DNA of 32,000 bases from Acholeplasma laidlawii PG-8A (GCF_000018785.1 NC_010163.1:1200001-1232000); one strand, 5' to 3'. Positions 1 to 13,880 are shown, counted from the stretch's first letter. Notes: generated by a model from the letters alone, not told the origin. Made by a program: numbers and translations.

Positions 1-55
1 AATTAACCCTTATTTATTAGATAAAATCAATGAATTACTCCATATTTAGACAAAT

Positions 56-83
56 AAAAAACTCACAGTTCATGTGAGTTTTA
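56..83 (-). terminator. Rho-independent terminator of the rRNA/tRNA-Asn operon
   Basis: Minus-strand AAAACTCACA-TGAAC-TGTGAGTTTTTTATTTG: perfect stem followed by a U-run, just downstream of tRNA-Asn. Confidence 0.85.
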
Positions 84-97
84 ATTTATAAAAAAAG

Positions 98-174
98 TGG
101 CGCCCACTGCTGGACTCGAACCAGCGACCCCCTGATTAACAGTCAGGTGCTCTAACCAACTGAGCTAAGTAGGC
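98..174 (-). tRNA. tRNA-Asn (anticodon GTT), CCA encoded
   Basis: Reverse complement GCCTACTTAGCTCAGTTGGTTAGAGCACCTGACTGTTAATCAGGGGGTCGCTGGTTCGAGTCCAGCAGTGGGCGCCA folds as a cloverleaf; GCCTACT pairs with AGTGGGC. Confidence 0.95.
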
Positions 175-233
175 TTACAATTGATAATTCATGGGTGACA
201 CTAAGCTACATATAAAATATTTAAGAAAGTAAA

Positions 234-348
<115 letters not shown>

Positions 349-410
349 TAATGCTCTCAAAACTAGATAAATGATTTTCTCTGAAAAGAATGTGATGCGA
401 ATCATCACGA

Positions 411-3262
<2,852 letters not shown>

Positions 3263-3329
3263 TTATTTCTTTTCAGACATCATTTATCTACTTTTCAAAG
3301 ATCTCAATTAGGTTACCCTAATTTTATAT

Positions 3330-3405
3330 TGGTGGAGCCTAGCGGGATCGAACCGCTGACCTCCTGCGTGCAAGGCAGGCGCTCTCCCAGCTGAGCTAAG
3401 GCCCC
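3330..3405 (-). tRNA. tRNA-Ala (anticodon TGC), CCA encoded
   Basis: Reverse complement GGGGCCTTAGCTCAGCTGGGAGAGCGCCTGCCTTGCACGCAGGAGGTCAGCGGTTCGATCCCGCTAGGCTCCACCA. Confidence 0.95.
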
Positions 3406-3427
3406 AATTTTTATTGATATTTATTAA

Positions 3428-3504
3428 TGGTGGGCCTGAATGGACTTGAACCATCGACCCCTCGCTTATCAAGCGAGTGCTCTAACCAACTGAGCTACAG
3501 GCCC
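3428..3504 (-). tRNA. tRNA-Ile (anticodon GAT), CCA encoded
   Basis: Reverse complement GGGCCTGTAGCTCAGTTGGTTAGAGCACTCGCTTGATAAGCGAGGGGTCGATGGTTCAAGTCCATTCAGGCCCACCA. Confidence 0.95.
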
Positions 3505-3640
3505 CACTTATTATTAATATGTGGTTACTTGTTTGAGTGACATTTAAGTCTCTCAAAACTGAATATGATGAACAAATTTAGAGAATGTTACTACTTACTA
3601 GTAGTCATCTTGTGCTAAGTGTTAGTTAGCCTTTCTCCTT

Positions 3641-5147
<1,507 letters not shown>

Positions 5148-5252
5148 TTTATGTTTTGTTTTGATTTTAGCTCTTATTTTTGTTTTCTCTTGTTCATCAT
5201 CATTCAGTTTTCAAAGACTCAATTTTGCGTCTCTTCTTTCGAGCGCTTAATC

Positions 5253-5281
5253 ATTCTATCATTATAATTTTTACTTGTCAA
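5253..5281 (-). promoter_or_regulatory. Proximal rRNA operon promoter
   Basis: Minus strand TTGACA - 17 bp - TAGAAT. Confidence 0.7.
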
Positions 5282-5365
5282 CAACTTTTTTTATTTTGTT
5301 GAACTTTCAAGTTTATCTTATAGATAACAGTTGGATTTGTGTTCTCGAAGAAGTGAACCTGTAAT

Positions 5366-5393
5366 ATTCTAACACATACATAATATAAGTCAA
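5366..5393 (-). promoter_or_regulatory. Distal (tandem) rRNA operon promoter
   Basis: Minus strand TTGACT - 16 bp - TAGAAT, with AT-rich sequence upstream. Confidence 0.55.
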
Positions 5394-5464
5394 CCTTTAT
5401 TCTAAAAAAAAGTGCAAAAATGTAAATTAAAATGTTTTATTTTCAAAATCCGTAGTTTTCCAAT

Positions 5465-5500
5465 AAAAAAGGGCCACTTTTTGATTAGATGGCCCTTTTA
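5465..5500 (-). terminator. Terminator downstream of rseP
   Basis: Minus strand AAAAGGGCCATCTAATCAAAAAGTGGCCCTTTTTT, strong stem plus U-run between rseP and the rrn promoters. Confidence 0.85.
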
Positions 5501-5513
5501 AGGTAATTTTAAA

Positions 5514-7061
5514 TTATGTAAAAATTCTTAAAATGTCATTCCAAGTTACAAATACAAAGAGCATTAATAACAGTATAAAGAATGCATTATTGACAAGTCC
5601 TTCAACTTTAGCGGGAATTTTCTTTTTAGAAACTGCTTCGTATCCTAAGAATAATAAGCGACCACCGTCTAAAGCTGGAATTGGAAGTAAATTCATCAGT
5701 CCAATATTTACAGATAAGAAGGCTACAAATCCTAATAGGTTAATGAAACCACCTTGTGCTGCATTAGATACTAAACTAAATATACCGACTGGACCTGCAA
5801 GATCTGAAACACCCACACCACTAGAGGCACTAAATAACATACCAATAGTGTTTACCATTTCAGTAACTGAACCACCAAATCTTTGGAACGGATTATATAA
5901 TATATATAAGAAGTCAAATTCATAACCTGTTTGAAATCCAAAACGTACGGCTATACTTTCATGACCTAACTTATTTAATGTATCTTCAGGTAACACATCA
6001 TATGTAAAAGTTAAGTATTCTCCATCACGTAAAACGTTTAATGTAATAGTTGTTTCATTATAGTTTCTGGCAAGCACTAAAATATCTGACCAATTCGATA
6101 CAGGTATCCCATTAACTTGTGTGATTTCATCACCTAAGTTTACACCTGCACTACTTGCTTTACCACCGATACCACCAATAAATGCACCGTCTTTATACGC
6201 ATCTGTTGTATCATTGACTAAACCAAAATTTTGTAAAAGAATCGTCACATATAGATCAATAGATTCTTCAACACCGTTTCTAACGACTACTACTGGTACA
6301 ACATGATCTGTGATCAGTGCGCCCATTTGTCTAATGTCATCTAAGTCTTCGACATCTGTACCATCAATATTGACAATAATATCACCTGCAATTAAACCGG
6401 GATTTGATGATTCATGTACAACATTATCATCTACTGGTTTACCTTGAACAGCTGCAATAATAATAAATAGTAATAGGGCTAAGATAAAGTTCATCATTGG
6501 TCCCATAAATAATACTAAGAAACGTTGCCAAATTGTCTTAGATGCAAAAGATGATTCTTCTGGTGTGATCTGTAATTCTTTTTCTTTACCATAATAATAT
6601 TTAGCATCACGGGTCACTTGATATCGTAATACTTCACCTTCATCGGTTTTAATTTCAATGAAAAGTTCACTTAAGTTTTTACCATATAAATCAAAATCAA
6701 CAACTTCACCTGTAACAAGTGGTTTTTTTCTAGTTTGATCTAATAAAATACCTGTAACTAAACCTATCTCATTTAAACATATACCCACTCTAGAGCCTTT
6801 TGAGATTAAAGCATAATCCCCATTTTCTCCACTCATAGATACATAGCCACCTAAAGGTATAGCTCTAAAGGCATACTTTGTATCACCTTTAGTTTTTGCA
6901 ACAATTTGAGGTCCCATACCAATTGAAAACTCATGTATGAGAATACCAGCTCTTTTCGCGAATAAGAAATGTCCTAATTCGTGAATTGAGATGATTACTG
7001 TTAAAACTAATAAAAATAATATTAAGTTAGTCAATATACTAACAAGTTGTGAAAAATCCAT
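5514..7061 (-). CDS. rseP: RIP/site-2 zinc metalloprotease with two PDZ-like regions
   Basis: HELGHFLFAKRAG (HExxH), GGYVSMSGE, MGPMMNF and PIPALDGGRLL motifs; 515 aa membrane protein next to cdsA/uppS. Confidence 0.92.
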   Translation of the reverse strand: MDFSQLVSILTNLILFLLVLTVIISIHELGHFLFAKRAGILIHEFSIGMGPQIVAKTKGDTKYAFRAIPLGGYVSMSGENGDYALISKGSRVGICLNEIGLVTGILLDQTRKKPLVTGEVVDFDLYGKNLSELFIEIKTDEGEVLRYQVTRDAKYYYGKEKELQITPEESSFASKTIWQRFLVLFMGPMMNFILALLLFIIIAAVQGKPVDDNVVHESSNPGLIAGDIIVNIDGTDVEDLDDIRQMGALITDHVVPVVVVRNGVEESIDLYVTILLQNFGLVNDTTDAYKDGAFIGGIGGKASSAGVNLGDEITQVNGIPVSNWSDILVLARNYNETTITLNVLRDGEYLTFTYDVLPEDTLNKLGHESIAVRFGFQTGYEFDFLYILYNPFQRFGGSVTEMVNTIGMLFSASSGVGVSDLAGPVGIFSLVSNAAQGGFINLLGFVAFLSVNIGLMNLLPIPALDGGRLLFLGYEAVSKKKIPAKVEGLVNNAFFILLLMLFVFVTWNDILRIFT

Positions 7062-7082
7062 AGTGCTACTCCTTATACGAAA

Positions 7083-8039
7083 CTACATTGGGTAAAACTG
7101 TTTAATTAATATAAATATACCTAAGAACATGATACCGATGAATATAATAGAGTCAAAACGATCTAAGATACCACCATGACCTGGAAATATATTTCCAAAA
7201 TCTTTAATTTTATAATTACGTTTTAATTTAGAAGCTACTAAATCTCCTATTTGAGCAGATATAGAACCTAATAAAGTAATCGGTATAATGATAAGTGCTT
7301 GAATTAATAAATGCTCATTACCTATACTAGTAAAGTTATCAAATATCGTTTGGTAACCATCTGGATTAAAGATATATCCTAAAAATCCATCTGGGCTAAA
7401 TATTACACCATAGAATATTGCAAATGATGATGCAATAATCGTGCCAAAGAATGTACCTGCAATAGCACCTTCCCATGATTTTTTAGGTGATATTCTTGGT
7501 GCCATCTTATGTTTACCAAAAGCAATACCAAAGAAATAAGCAAAGATATCTGTCATCATCGAAATTAAGGCTACATAAACAATAAACCTGACACCTAAAT
7601 ATCTTAAGATAGTAATCGATGCAGCACCTAAACCAATATAATTAATAATCGTAAATGCTTTACCTAAATCTGATCCACTAAAATCATCAATGAATACTAA
7701 TAAACTTAATAAAATAACTGTTACAAATGAAAGTATTATGACTGGGTTTAGATTTAATGTAATTAAAGATAAACCAGGTAATACTTGCGGATTTAATGGT
7801 GCAATCATCCCACCAACATTCATATAGGTTAATAAGGATAATACGATAATGACTACTTGAACGACAATTTTGATTGGCTTTTCTTTTTCATACATATGAA
7901 TAAGTTCTAATGCCCCCATAATCACAAATAGTAACATCACTACTTGAAATATATTAAATACCCATTTTGGATAATTTAAAACTGTAATTGGTAGCAATAA
8001 TAATATTAAAACAATTGCTGTAATGATTCTTTTCTTCAT
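7083..8039 (-). CDS. cdsA: Phosphatidate cytidylyltransferase
   Basis: PKKSWEGAIAGTFFG and the CTP_transf_1 signature KDFGNIFPGHGGILDRFDS; multi-TM protein. Confidence 0.93.
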   Translation of the reverse strand: MKKRIITAIVLILLLLPITVLNYPKWVFNIFQVVMLLFVIMGALELIHMYEKEKPIKIVVQVVIIVLSLLTYMNVGGMIAPLNPQVLPGLSLITLNLNPVIILSFVTVILLSLLVFIDDFSGSDLGKAFTIINYIGLGAASITILRYLGVRFIVYVALISMMTDIFAYFFGIAFGKHKMAPRISPKKSWEGAIAGTFFGTIIASSFAIFYGVIFSPDGFLGYIFNPDGYQTIFDNFTSIGNEHLLIQALIIIPITLLGSISAQIGDLVASKLKRNYKIKDFGNIFPGHGGILDRFDSIIFIGIMFLGIFILIKQFYPM

Positions 8040-8042
8040 ATG

Positions 8043-8711
8043 TTATAATCCCCCAAAACGTCTTTGTCGTTTTGAATACTCTTTGAGTGCCCTATCAAAA
8101 TGTTTGATTTTAAATGCTGGCCAGTATCTTTTTGTAAAATATAATTCCGCGTATGCTATTTGCCATAGTAAGAAGTTAGATAACCTTTGTTCTCCACCTG
8201 TGCGAATTAATAGATCTACTGGTCTATTTACCATCAAATGTTGTTCTAGATGTGCTTCATCTATAACATCCATTTGTTTGATGGCAGTAATGAGTTCATC
8301 ATAACTACCGTAATCAATACATACATTAATTGTCATACCTGTAAAATCTTTTGTTTCATCTTCCAGACTATCCATTAATTCTAAAATATCTTTGGATAAT
8401 CTATCTTTTCTTCCTTTAAAACGAATACGGATATTTGCTTGACAGATTCTAGCTTTATTTTTACCTACAACTTCGATTGGTTTAGTCATTAAATATTCGA
8501 CTTCATCCTGTGGTCTTTTCCAGTTTTCAGTTGAAAAAGCATAAACAGTGAGTTCTTCTATACCTCTTTTATTTGCATGTTCGGCAATTTTAGCCAGATT
8601 TAGGCCACCTTGATAGTGACCTGCTGATCTTGGTAGATGTAATCTTTTAGCCCACCTGCCATTGCCATCTAAAATAATGGCGACGTGTTTTGGTAGATTT
8701 TGAATTTTCAT
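8043..8711 (-). CDS. uppS: Isoprenyl (undecaprenyl) diphosphate synthase
   Basis: HVAIILDGNGRWAK, TVYAFSTENWKRP and DLLIRTGGEQRLSNFLLWQIAYAELYF motifs. Confidence 0.94.
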   Translation of the reverse strand: MKIQNLPKHVAIILDGNGRWAKRLHLPRSAGHYQGGLNLAKIAEHANKRGIEELTVYAFSTENWKRPQDEVEYLMTKPIEVVGKNKARICQANIRIRFKGRKDRLSKDILELMDSLEDETKDFTGMTINVCIDYGSYDELITAIKQMDVIDEAHLEQHLMVNRPVDLLIRTGGEQRLSNFLLWQIAYAELYFTKRYWPAFKIKHFDRALKEYSKRQRRFGGL

Positions 8712-8748
8712 GAATAGTTTCCTTTCAAGTACACTTTATTATAGCAAA

Positions 8749-9744
8749 CTAAACTTCAATGACCCAACCAAAATCTTCTTTTATATCGCCAAACTGTATA
8801 CTTTGAATTAAATCATATAATTTATGTAATTTTTCATACGATTTGAACTCATAATTCACACCATTATCGTGAATTTTAGAAATTGGTGTAATCACAGCAG
8901 CTGTGCCACATGCACCCACTTCATCAAATGTAGATAGTTCTGTGACATCAATTGCACGTCGAATCACTTCCATGCCTAACATCTTTTCAGCAATTGTTTG
9001 TAAAGAGTTGTTTGTAATACTTGGTAAGATTGATTTTGACTGCGGTGTAATAAACATATTATCCTTAATCGCGATAATATTGGTTGCACCCGTTTCATCT
9101 ACTTTGGTATGTGTTTTTGGATCTAAATATAAACAATCATCAAACCCTTGTTGTTTTGCTAAATGTTTAGGATATAAACTTGCCGCGTAGTTCGCACCAG
9201 ATTTTACATGACCTAGACCATTTGGTGCAGCACGGTCATATGGTGTTGTTGTTAAATCAATTGGTTTAAATCCATCTTTAAAGTAATTTCCAACTGGTGT
9301 TGCTACAATACAAAATAAGAATTCATTAGAGGACCTTACACCCATCACAGTTTCTGTACCAATGACAAACGGTCTAATGTATAAAGTACCTTTAGATTCA
9401 TAACTTGGTACTAAATCTTTATTAGCTTCTACAACTTTGTGTACTGCATCTAAAAACATCTCAACCGGTACTTTGGGCATGAGGAGTCTTTCACAACTAT
9501 TTTGTAGCCTTTTAGCATTCGCATCTGGTCTAAATAGTAAAGTGCGCCCATCTTTTGCACGGTATGCCTTTAAACCTTCAAAGACTGATTGTCCATAATG
9601 AAGTGCAACAGCCATCGCTGATATTTCAAAATGAAGTGAACTATCTAATTTACCTTCATCCCATTTTCCATCTTTATAATAAGCATAATATACTTTATTT
9701 GTTCCATGATACTTAAATCCTTCTACTTTCATCCGTGTGCCCAT
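8749..9744 (-). CDS. ilvE: Branched-chain amino acid aminotransferase (PLP fold type IV)
   Basis: LHYGQSVFEGLKAYR, GVRSSNEFLF, VKSGANYAASLYPKHLAK and DETGATNIIAIKDN motifs. The start could be the second ATG (MKVEGF...). Confidence 0.88.
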   Translation of the reverse strand: MGTRMKVEGFKYHGTNKVYYAYYKDGKWDEGKLDSSLHFEISAMAVALHYGQSVFEGLKAYRAKDGRTLLFRPDANAKRLQNSCERLLMPKVPVEMFLDAVHKVVEANKDLVPSYESKGTLYIRPFVIGTETVMGVRSSNEFLFCIVATPVGNYFKDGFKPIDLTTTPYDRAAPNGLGHVKSGANYAASLYPKHLAKQQGFDDCLYLDPKTHTKVDETGATNIIAIKDNMFITPQSKSILPSITNNSLQTIAEKMLGMEVIRRAIDVTELSTFDEVGACGTAAVITPISKIHDNGVNYEFKSYEKLHKLYDLIQSIQFGDIKEDFGWVIEV

Positions 9745-9840
9745 AGGTGATGTATATACATCACTATCCCTTTCCTTGATTCATTTTTGATATATCACAA
9801 TTGCTTAAAATAATTACTTATCATTATACCACAAAGAAAA

Positions 9841-9868
9841 AAGCATACCCTTTAAATGAAGTATGCTT
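9841..9868 (-). terminator. Terminator downstream of the 9876-10112 gene
   Basis: Minus strand AAGCATAC...GTATGCTTTTTTCTTT stem plus U-run. Confidence 0.75.
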
Positions 9869-9875
9869 ATATATT

Positions 9876-10112
9876 TTATAAAGCGTCTGTTAATATTGGT
9901 TTGCCCATTGCAGTGGTTGTAACTATATCAATGATCCATAAGATGTTCCATCCAAGAACAATCCATAAGATACCTACAATCAGTAACCCATTATTCTTTA
10001 GTTCAGCACCTTTAACAATTCTGTAAATCGCCCAAGTAATATCAAGAAGTGGTAAACAAAATATCACCTTTACAACAAACGGTAATTCATCCATCCATTC
10101 AACAAATTTCAT
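9876..10112 (-). CDS. Small predicted membrane protein, unknown function
   Basis: 78 aa ORF with two hydrophobic segments; own terminator downstream. Confidence 0.6.
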   Translation of the reverse strand: MKFVEWMDELPFVVKVIFCLPLLDITWAIYRIVKGAELKNNGLLIVGILWIVLGWNILWIIDIVTTTAMGKPILTDAL

Positions 10113-10185
10113 ATTTTAGTTTCTCCTTTTATAGTATAGTTCTATTATATACCTTTAATTTATAAGTTTCAATAAATAAAAACTG

Positions 10186-10215
10186 CAGCCTTTTCTGGTT
10201 GCAGTTTTAAACTTA
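10186..10215 (-). terminator. Terminator downstream of the 10222-10437 gene
   Basis: Minus strand AAAACTGCAACC...GGCTGCAGTTTTTATT hairpin. Confidence 0.75.
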
Positions 10216-10221
10216 ACTTCT

Positions 10222-10437
10222 CTAAGCTAAGACAGTTAAGTCGCGACTTAAAATCATAGTGACTAAGTCGATGATATAGAATAAAGGAGCAATGAAGAAG
10301 TTTAAAACAGCCCCTAAAATGTTTCCACGTTGAACTCTTGTAACTATACCTAAGATAACGTTAGTTACCGGAATAATCGCTAGGATTAATGATACAATCC
10401 ACTCTAAACCTAAATATGCTTTTTGTCTTTTTGCCAT
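10222..10437 (-). CDS. Small predicted membrane protein, unknown function
   Basis: 71 aa ORF with two hydrophobic segments; SD-like AAAGGAG directly upstream of ATG on the minus strand. Confidence 0.6.
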   Translation of the reverse strand: MAKRQKAYLGLEWIVSLILAIIPVTNVILGIVTRVQRGNILGAVLNFFIAPLFYIIDLVTMILSRDLTVLA

Positions 10438-10476
10438 TGTAAATCTCCTTTTTCTTTTATTTTACCACATAATAAA

Positions 10477-10505
10477 AAAAACCACTTATTACAAGTGGTT
10501 TTTAT
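10477..10505 (-). terminator. Terminator downstream of frr
   Basis: Minus strand AAAAACCACTT-GTAAT-AAGTGGTTTTTTTTA. Confidence 0.85.
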
Positions 10506-10512
10506 CATTTAA

Positions 10513-11067
10513 TTAGACGTCTAATAATTCTTCGGATTTTTCTTTAGTCAGTTCATCTACTTTTTTGACATATGCGTCAGTTAGTGCTTGAACATCTTCT
10601 AAGTATCCTTTTTCATCATCTTCAGTTAATCCTAATTTCTTAAGATGTTCATTACCATCTCTACGGATATGACGAATTGCTACTTTACCAGCTTCAGCCA
10701 TTTTCTCAACATCTTTAACAAGACTACGACGTCTTTCACCAGTTAGCGCTGGTAATGTTAAGCGAATACCTGTTCCATCATTTCTTGGAGGTAATTCTAA
10801 TGAAGATGTGTTGATCGCAGTTTCTATATCTTTTAATATAGATTTGTCAAAAGGTTTGATGTAAAGTTGTTGTGCTTCAGGTACTGAGATGGATGCTACT
10901 TGTTTAAGTGGTGTATCTACACCATAGTAACTTACCATAATACGGTCAAGAATATTTGGGTTTGCACGACCTGTACGAACTGCTGCATATTCTCTGCCTA
11001 AAGCTTCTAAACTCTTTTCCATTTTTTCTTCAATTTCAAGTAATATCATATCTGCTTGTTCATTCAT
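10513..11067 (-). CDS. frr: Ribosome recycling factor
   Basis: [28 protein letters not shown]...[17 protein letters not shown]; 184 aa; follows pyrH. Confidence 0.95.
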   Translation of the reverse strand: MNEQADMILLEIEEKMEKSLEALGREYAAVRTGRANPNILDRIMVSYYGVDTPLKQVASISVPEAQQLYIKPFDKSILKDIETAINTSSLELPPRNDGTGIRLTLPALTGERRRSLVKDVEKMAEAGKVAIRHIRRDGNEHLKKLGLTEDDEKGYLEDVQALTDAYVKKVDELTKEKSEELLDV

Positions 11068-11792
11068 GAGTTTGCTCCGTTTCTTACAACTGTACCGATG
11101 TCTTCTCCTTTAGCTGCCTTTAGAATGTTGCCAGGTTTATTCATATCAAATACAAGTATTTCAATATGGTTGTCCTTGCAAAGACTTGCTGCTGTAGAAT
11201 CCATGATTTGTAAATTTTTTTCTAGGACTTGTTGATGTGATACTTCTCTTAAAAGTACAGCATCACTAAATTTATTAGGGTCTTTATCATAGACACCATC
11301 TACACCATTTTTGGCCATTAAGATAACATCGCTATCTAATTCAGCTGCACGGAGTGCTGCTGTTGTATCAGTTGAAAAATATGGGGATCCTGTGCCACCT
11401 GCTAATATGACTACACGCCCTTTTTCAAAGTGTCTTAATGCACGTCTTCGAATATAAGGTTCAGCTACAGCTGCAATTTGTAGTGCTGTCATTACACGGC
11501 TTGGGCTTTCAATAGCTTCAAGTGCGTCTTGTAGGGCTAAACTGTTCATGATCGTACCTAGCATACCCATGTAGTCTGCTTGGGCACGGTCCATACCAAG
11601 TTCTTCACCGGTCTTACCACGCCATAAATTACCTGCACCGACAACGACTGCAACTTCTATGCCAGCGTTACGGACAGTTTTAATTTCTTGAGCAATCTTT
11701 TTAACTGTTTTAGGATCAATGCCATATTGGCCATCTCCTTTTAAAGCTTCTCCAGATATTTTTAAAATGATTCGACGATACATTGGATTCAA
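11064..11792 (-). CDS. pyrH: UMP kinase
   Basis: [42 protein letters not shown]; stop overlaps the frr start (ATGA). Confidence 0.95.
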   Translation of the reverse strand: MNPMYRRIILKISGEALKGDGQYGIDPKTVKKIAQEIKTVRNAGIEVAVVVGAGNLWRGKTGEELGMDRAQADYMGMLGTIMNSLALQDALEAIESPSRVMTALQIAAVAEPYIRRRALRHFEKGRVVILAGGTGSPYFSTDTTAALRAAELDSDVILMAKNGVDGVYDKDPNKFSDAVLLREVSHQQVLEKNLQIMDSTAASLCKDNHIEILVFDMNKPGNILKAAKGEDIGTVVRNGANS

Positions 11793-11810
11793 CCCCTTTT
11801 TAAAAGATTT

Positions 11811-12701
11811 TTATTTGTTTACTTGTGCCATTACTTCTGCTGCAAAATCGTCTACTTTCTTTTCAATACCTTCTCCAACTTCTAAACGTACATAACTTAA
11901 GATGTTGTTGTTAGCTGATTTTAAGTAGTTAGCAACTGTAATTGATGGGTCTTTTACAAATCCTTGGTCTAATAATACAATTTCTTGTAATACTTTGTTT
12001 AAGCGACCTTGTAAAATACCATTTAAAATCTTTTCTGGTTTTCCTTGTAGTGATTCATCATTTGCGATTTGTTCTGAAATTACTTTTGTTTCAACTTCAA
12101 TAGTAGATTGGTTGACATCTTTTCTACTTAAGAATTGAGGGTTGAACACTGTAATGTGCATTGCTAAATCTTTAGCTAATTCTTCATTTGCTGATTCTAA
12201 TACTGTTAATACTGAAATACGTCCGCCCATGTGTTTGTAAGCACCAAAGCCTTGAGCATCTGTTTTCTTAACACGTACGACACGTCTTAATGAAATTTTT
12301 TCTCCGATTGTTGCTGTTGCACCTAATATAACTTCTTCAACTGTTTTACCTGAAGCGCCTTTTAACGATAAAGCTTCTTCAACTGATGCTACATTAGATT
12401 CAATAAATAAGTTACCTAATTCTTCAATTAGATCTGTAAATTGTTTGTTTTTAGCAACAAAGTCTGTTTCTGAGTTTAACTCAAATAATACAGCCTCATT
12501 ACCTTTAACTACAACTGAAGTTAAACCTTCTGCTGCAATTCTATCCGCTTTTTTAGCTGCTTTAGCAATCCCTTTTTCTCTTAAAAGTGTTGCTGCTGCT
12601 TCAATATCTCCATTAGTTTCTTCTAATGCTTTTTTGCAGTCTAACATACCTGCACCGGTTTTTTGTCTAAGCTCTTTAACCATAGCTGCTGTAATCGTCA
12701 T
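11811..12701 (-). CDS. tsf: Elongation factor Ts
   Basis: AAMVKELRQKTGAGMLDCKKALEETNGDIEAAATLLREKG, SETDFVAKN motifs. Confidence 0.95.
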   Translation of the reverse strand: MTITAAMVKELRQKTGAGMLDCKKALEETNGDIEAAATLLREKGIAKAAKKADRIAAEGLTSVVVKGNEAVLFELNSETDFVAKNKQFTDLIEELGNLFIESNVASVEEALSLKGASGKTVEEVILGATATIGEKISLRRVVRVKKTDAQGFGAYKHMGGRISVLTVLESANEELAKDLAMHITVFNPQFLSRKDVNQSTIEVETKVISEQIANDESLQGKPEKILNGILQGRLNKVLQEIVLLDQGFVKDPSITVANYLKSANNNILSYVRLEVGEGIEKKVDDFAAEVMAQVNK

Positions 12702-12767
12702 TATTTAGTTCTCCTTAACTTGTTTATCAATAGTATTATACTATAATTTATTATATTTTTATAAAAT

Positions 12768-12793
12768 AAAGGGATGATATATTCATCCCCTTT
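12768..12793 (-). terminator. Possible attenuator/terminator in the rpsB-tsf spacer
   Basis: Minus strand AAAGGGGATGAATATATCATCCCTTTATTTTATAAA: GGGATGA/TCATCCC stem then a U-rich tract. Confidence 0.5.
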
Positions 12794-12800
12794 GTAAATA

Positions 12801-13829
12801 TTACTTGCTTAAAGCTTCAACTAATTCAGCTTTTCTTAATTTTGAGTAATTTTCAATTCCCTTTGCTTTTGCTAGTTCTTTGAGTTCAGCAACTTTCAAA
12901 GTGGATAAGTCTTCAGTTGGTTTTACTTCTGCTACTACTTTTGGAGCAACTTTAGCTTCTACTTTAACTTCTGGTTTTACTTCTGGTTTTACTTCAGCCT
13001 TAACTTCTGGTTTAGCTGCTGCTCTAGGTGCTTGTTTATCAAATCTTGGTTTGTTTTCAGGACGGTTTTGTTTTGGTTTTTGTGATGGTTTTCTTGGTTC
13101 ATCTTGTTCAAATGGTGCATTTTCTTCGTCTTCATATTTTTCAACAACACCACCATTAGCTTCAACAACAGCATTTGCCATGACCCAAGTTAAAAGTTTA
13201 ACTGCACGGATTGCATCATCGTTAGCTGGAATAATGTAGTCTACTAAATCTGGGTCACAGTTTGTATCTACAATACCAAATACAGGAATACCTAATTTAC
13301 GAGCTTCTTTAACTGCGATTTCTTCAGTTCTTGGATCTACTACGAATAATGCTTGTGGTATACGTTGCATATCTTTAATACCACCTAAGAATCTTTCAAG
13401 TTTAATACGTTGTCTTGATAGACCTAACACTTCTTTTTTAGGTAATTTAGCCCATGTACCATCAGCTTCTGCTGCGTAAAGGCTATGTAATAATTTAATA
13501 CGTTGTCTAATTGTTTTGAAGTTTGTTAAAGTTCCACCTAACCATCTGTGATCAACATAGAATTGACCAGCACGGATTGCTTCTTCTTTAATTGCTTCTG
13601 ATGCTTGTTTCTTTGTACCTACAAATAGTACTGTACCGCCATCTTTAGCGATGTCATATAAAGCTGCATAAGCTTTTTCGATTTCTAAAGCTGTACGCTT
13701 TAAATCGATAATGTGAATGTCTTTACGTGATGTAAAGATGTAAGGAGCCATTTTAGGGTTCCATCTTCTAGTTTGGTGACCAAAATGTACACCAGACTCT
13801 AAGAGTTGTTTCATTGATACTACTGCCAT
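12801..13829 (-). CDS. rpsB: Ribosomal protein S2 with long C-terminal extension
   Basis: [56 protein letters not shown]; 342 aa with a K/E/P-rich tail and SAP-like C-terminus. Confidence 0.95.
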   Translation of the reverse strand: MAVVSMKQLLESGVHFGHQTRRWNPKMAPYIFTSRKDIHIIDLKRTALEIEKAYAALYDIAKDGGTVLFVGTKKQASEAIKEEAIRAGQFYVDHRWLGGTLTNFKTIRQRIKLLHSLYAAEADGTWAKLPKKEVLGLSRQRIKLERFLGGIKDMQRIPQALFVVDPRTEEIAVKEARKLGIPVFGIVDTNCDPDLVDYIIPANDDAIRAVKLLTWVMANAVVEANGGVVEKYEDEENAPFEQDEPRKPSQKPKQNRPENKPRFDKQAPRAAAKPEVKAEVKPEVKPEVKVEAKVAPKVVAEVKPTEDLSTLKVAELKELAKAKGIENYSKLRKAELVEALSK

Positions 13830-13880
13830 TTAATATACTTCCTTTCGATTTTTAGTTTTTTCCTCTGCAACACTTTTACA

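Noticed and set aside
5262-5281. TATAAT at about 5262-5267 as the rrn -10 box
   Set aside because: Only 9 bp from TTGACA; TAGAAT at 17 bp spacing fits much better.
5533-8304. Plus-strand ORFs 5533-5925, 6121-6306 and 8023-8304
   Set aside because: They are antisense to rseP, cdsA and uppS, which have clear motifs; no independent coding evidence.
12895-13050. Repetitive DNA inside rpsB as a microsatellite or misassembly
   Set aside because: Frame is maintained into a plausible folded C-terminal module, so it reads as a coding quasi-repeat rather than a DNA repeat.
8903-13239. Antisense ORFs 8903-9190, 12445-12708, 12880-13239 and alternate-frame ORF 12989-13174
   Set aside because: They mirror or overlap ilvE, tsf and rpsB. 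The rpsB ones are frame echoes of the K/E/P-rich repeat region.
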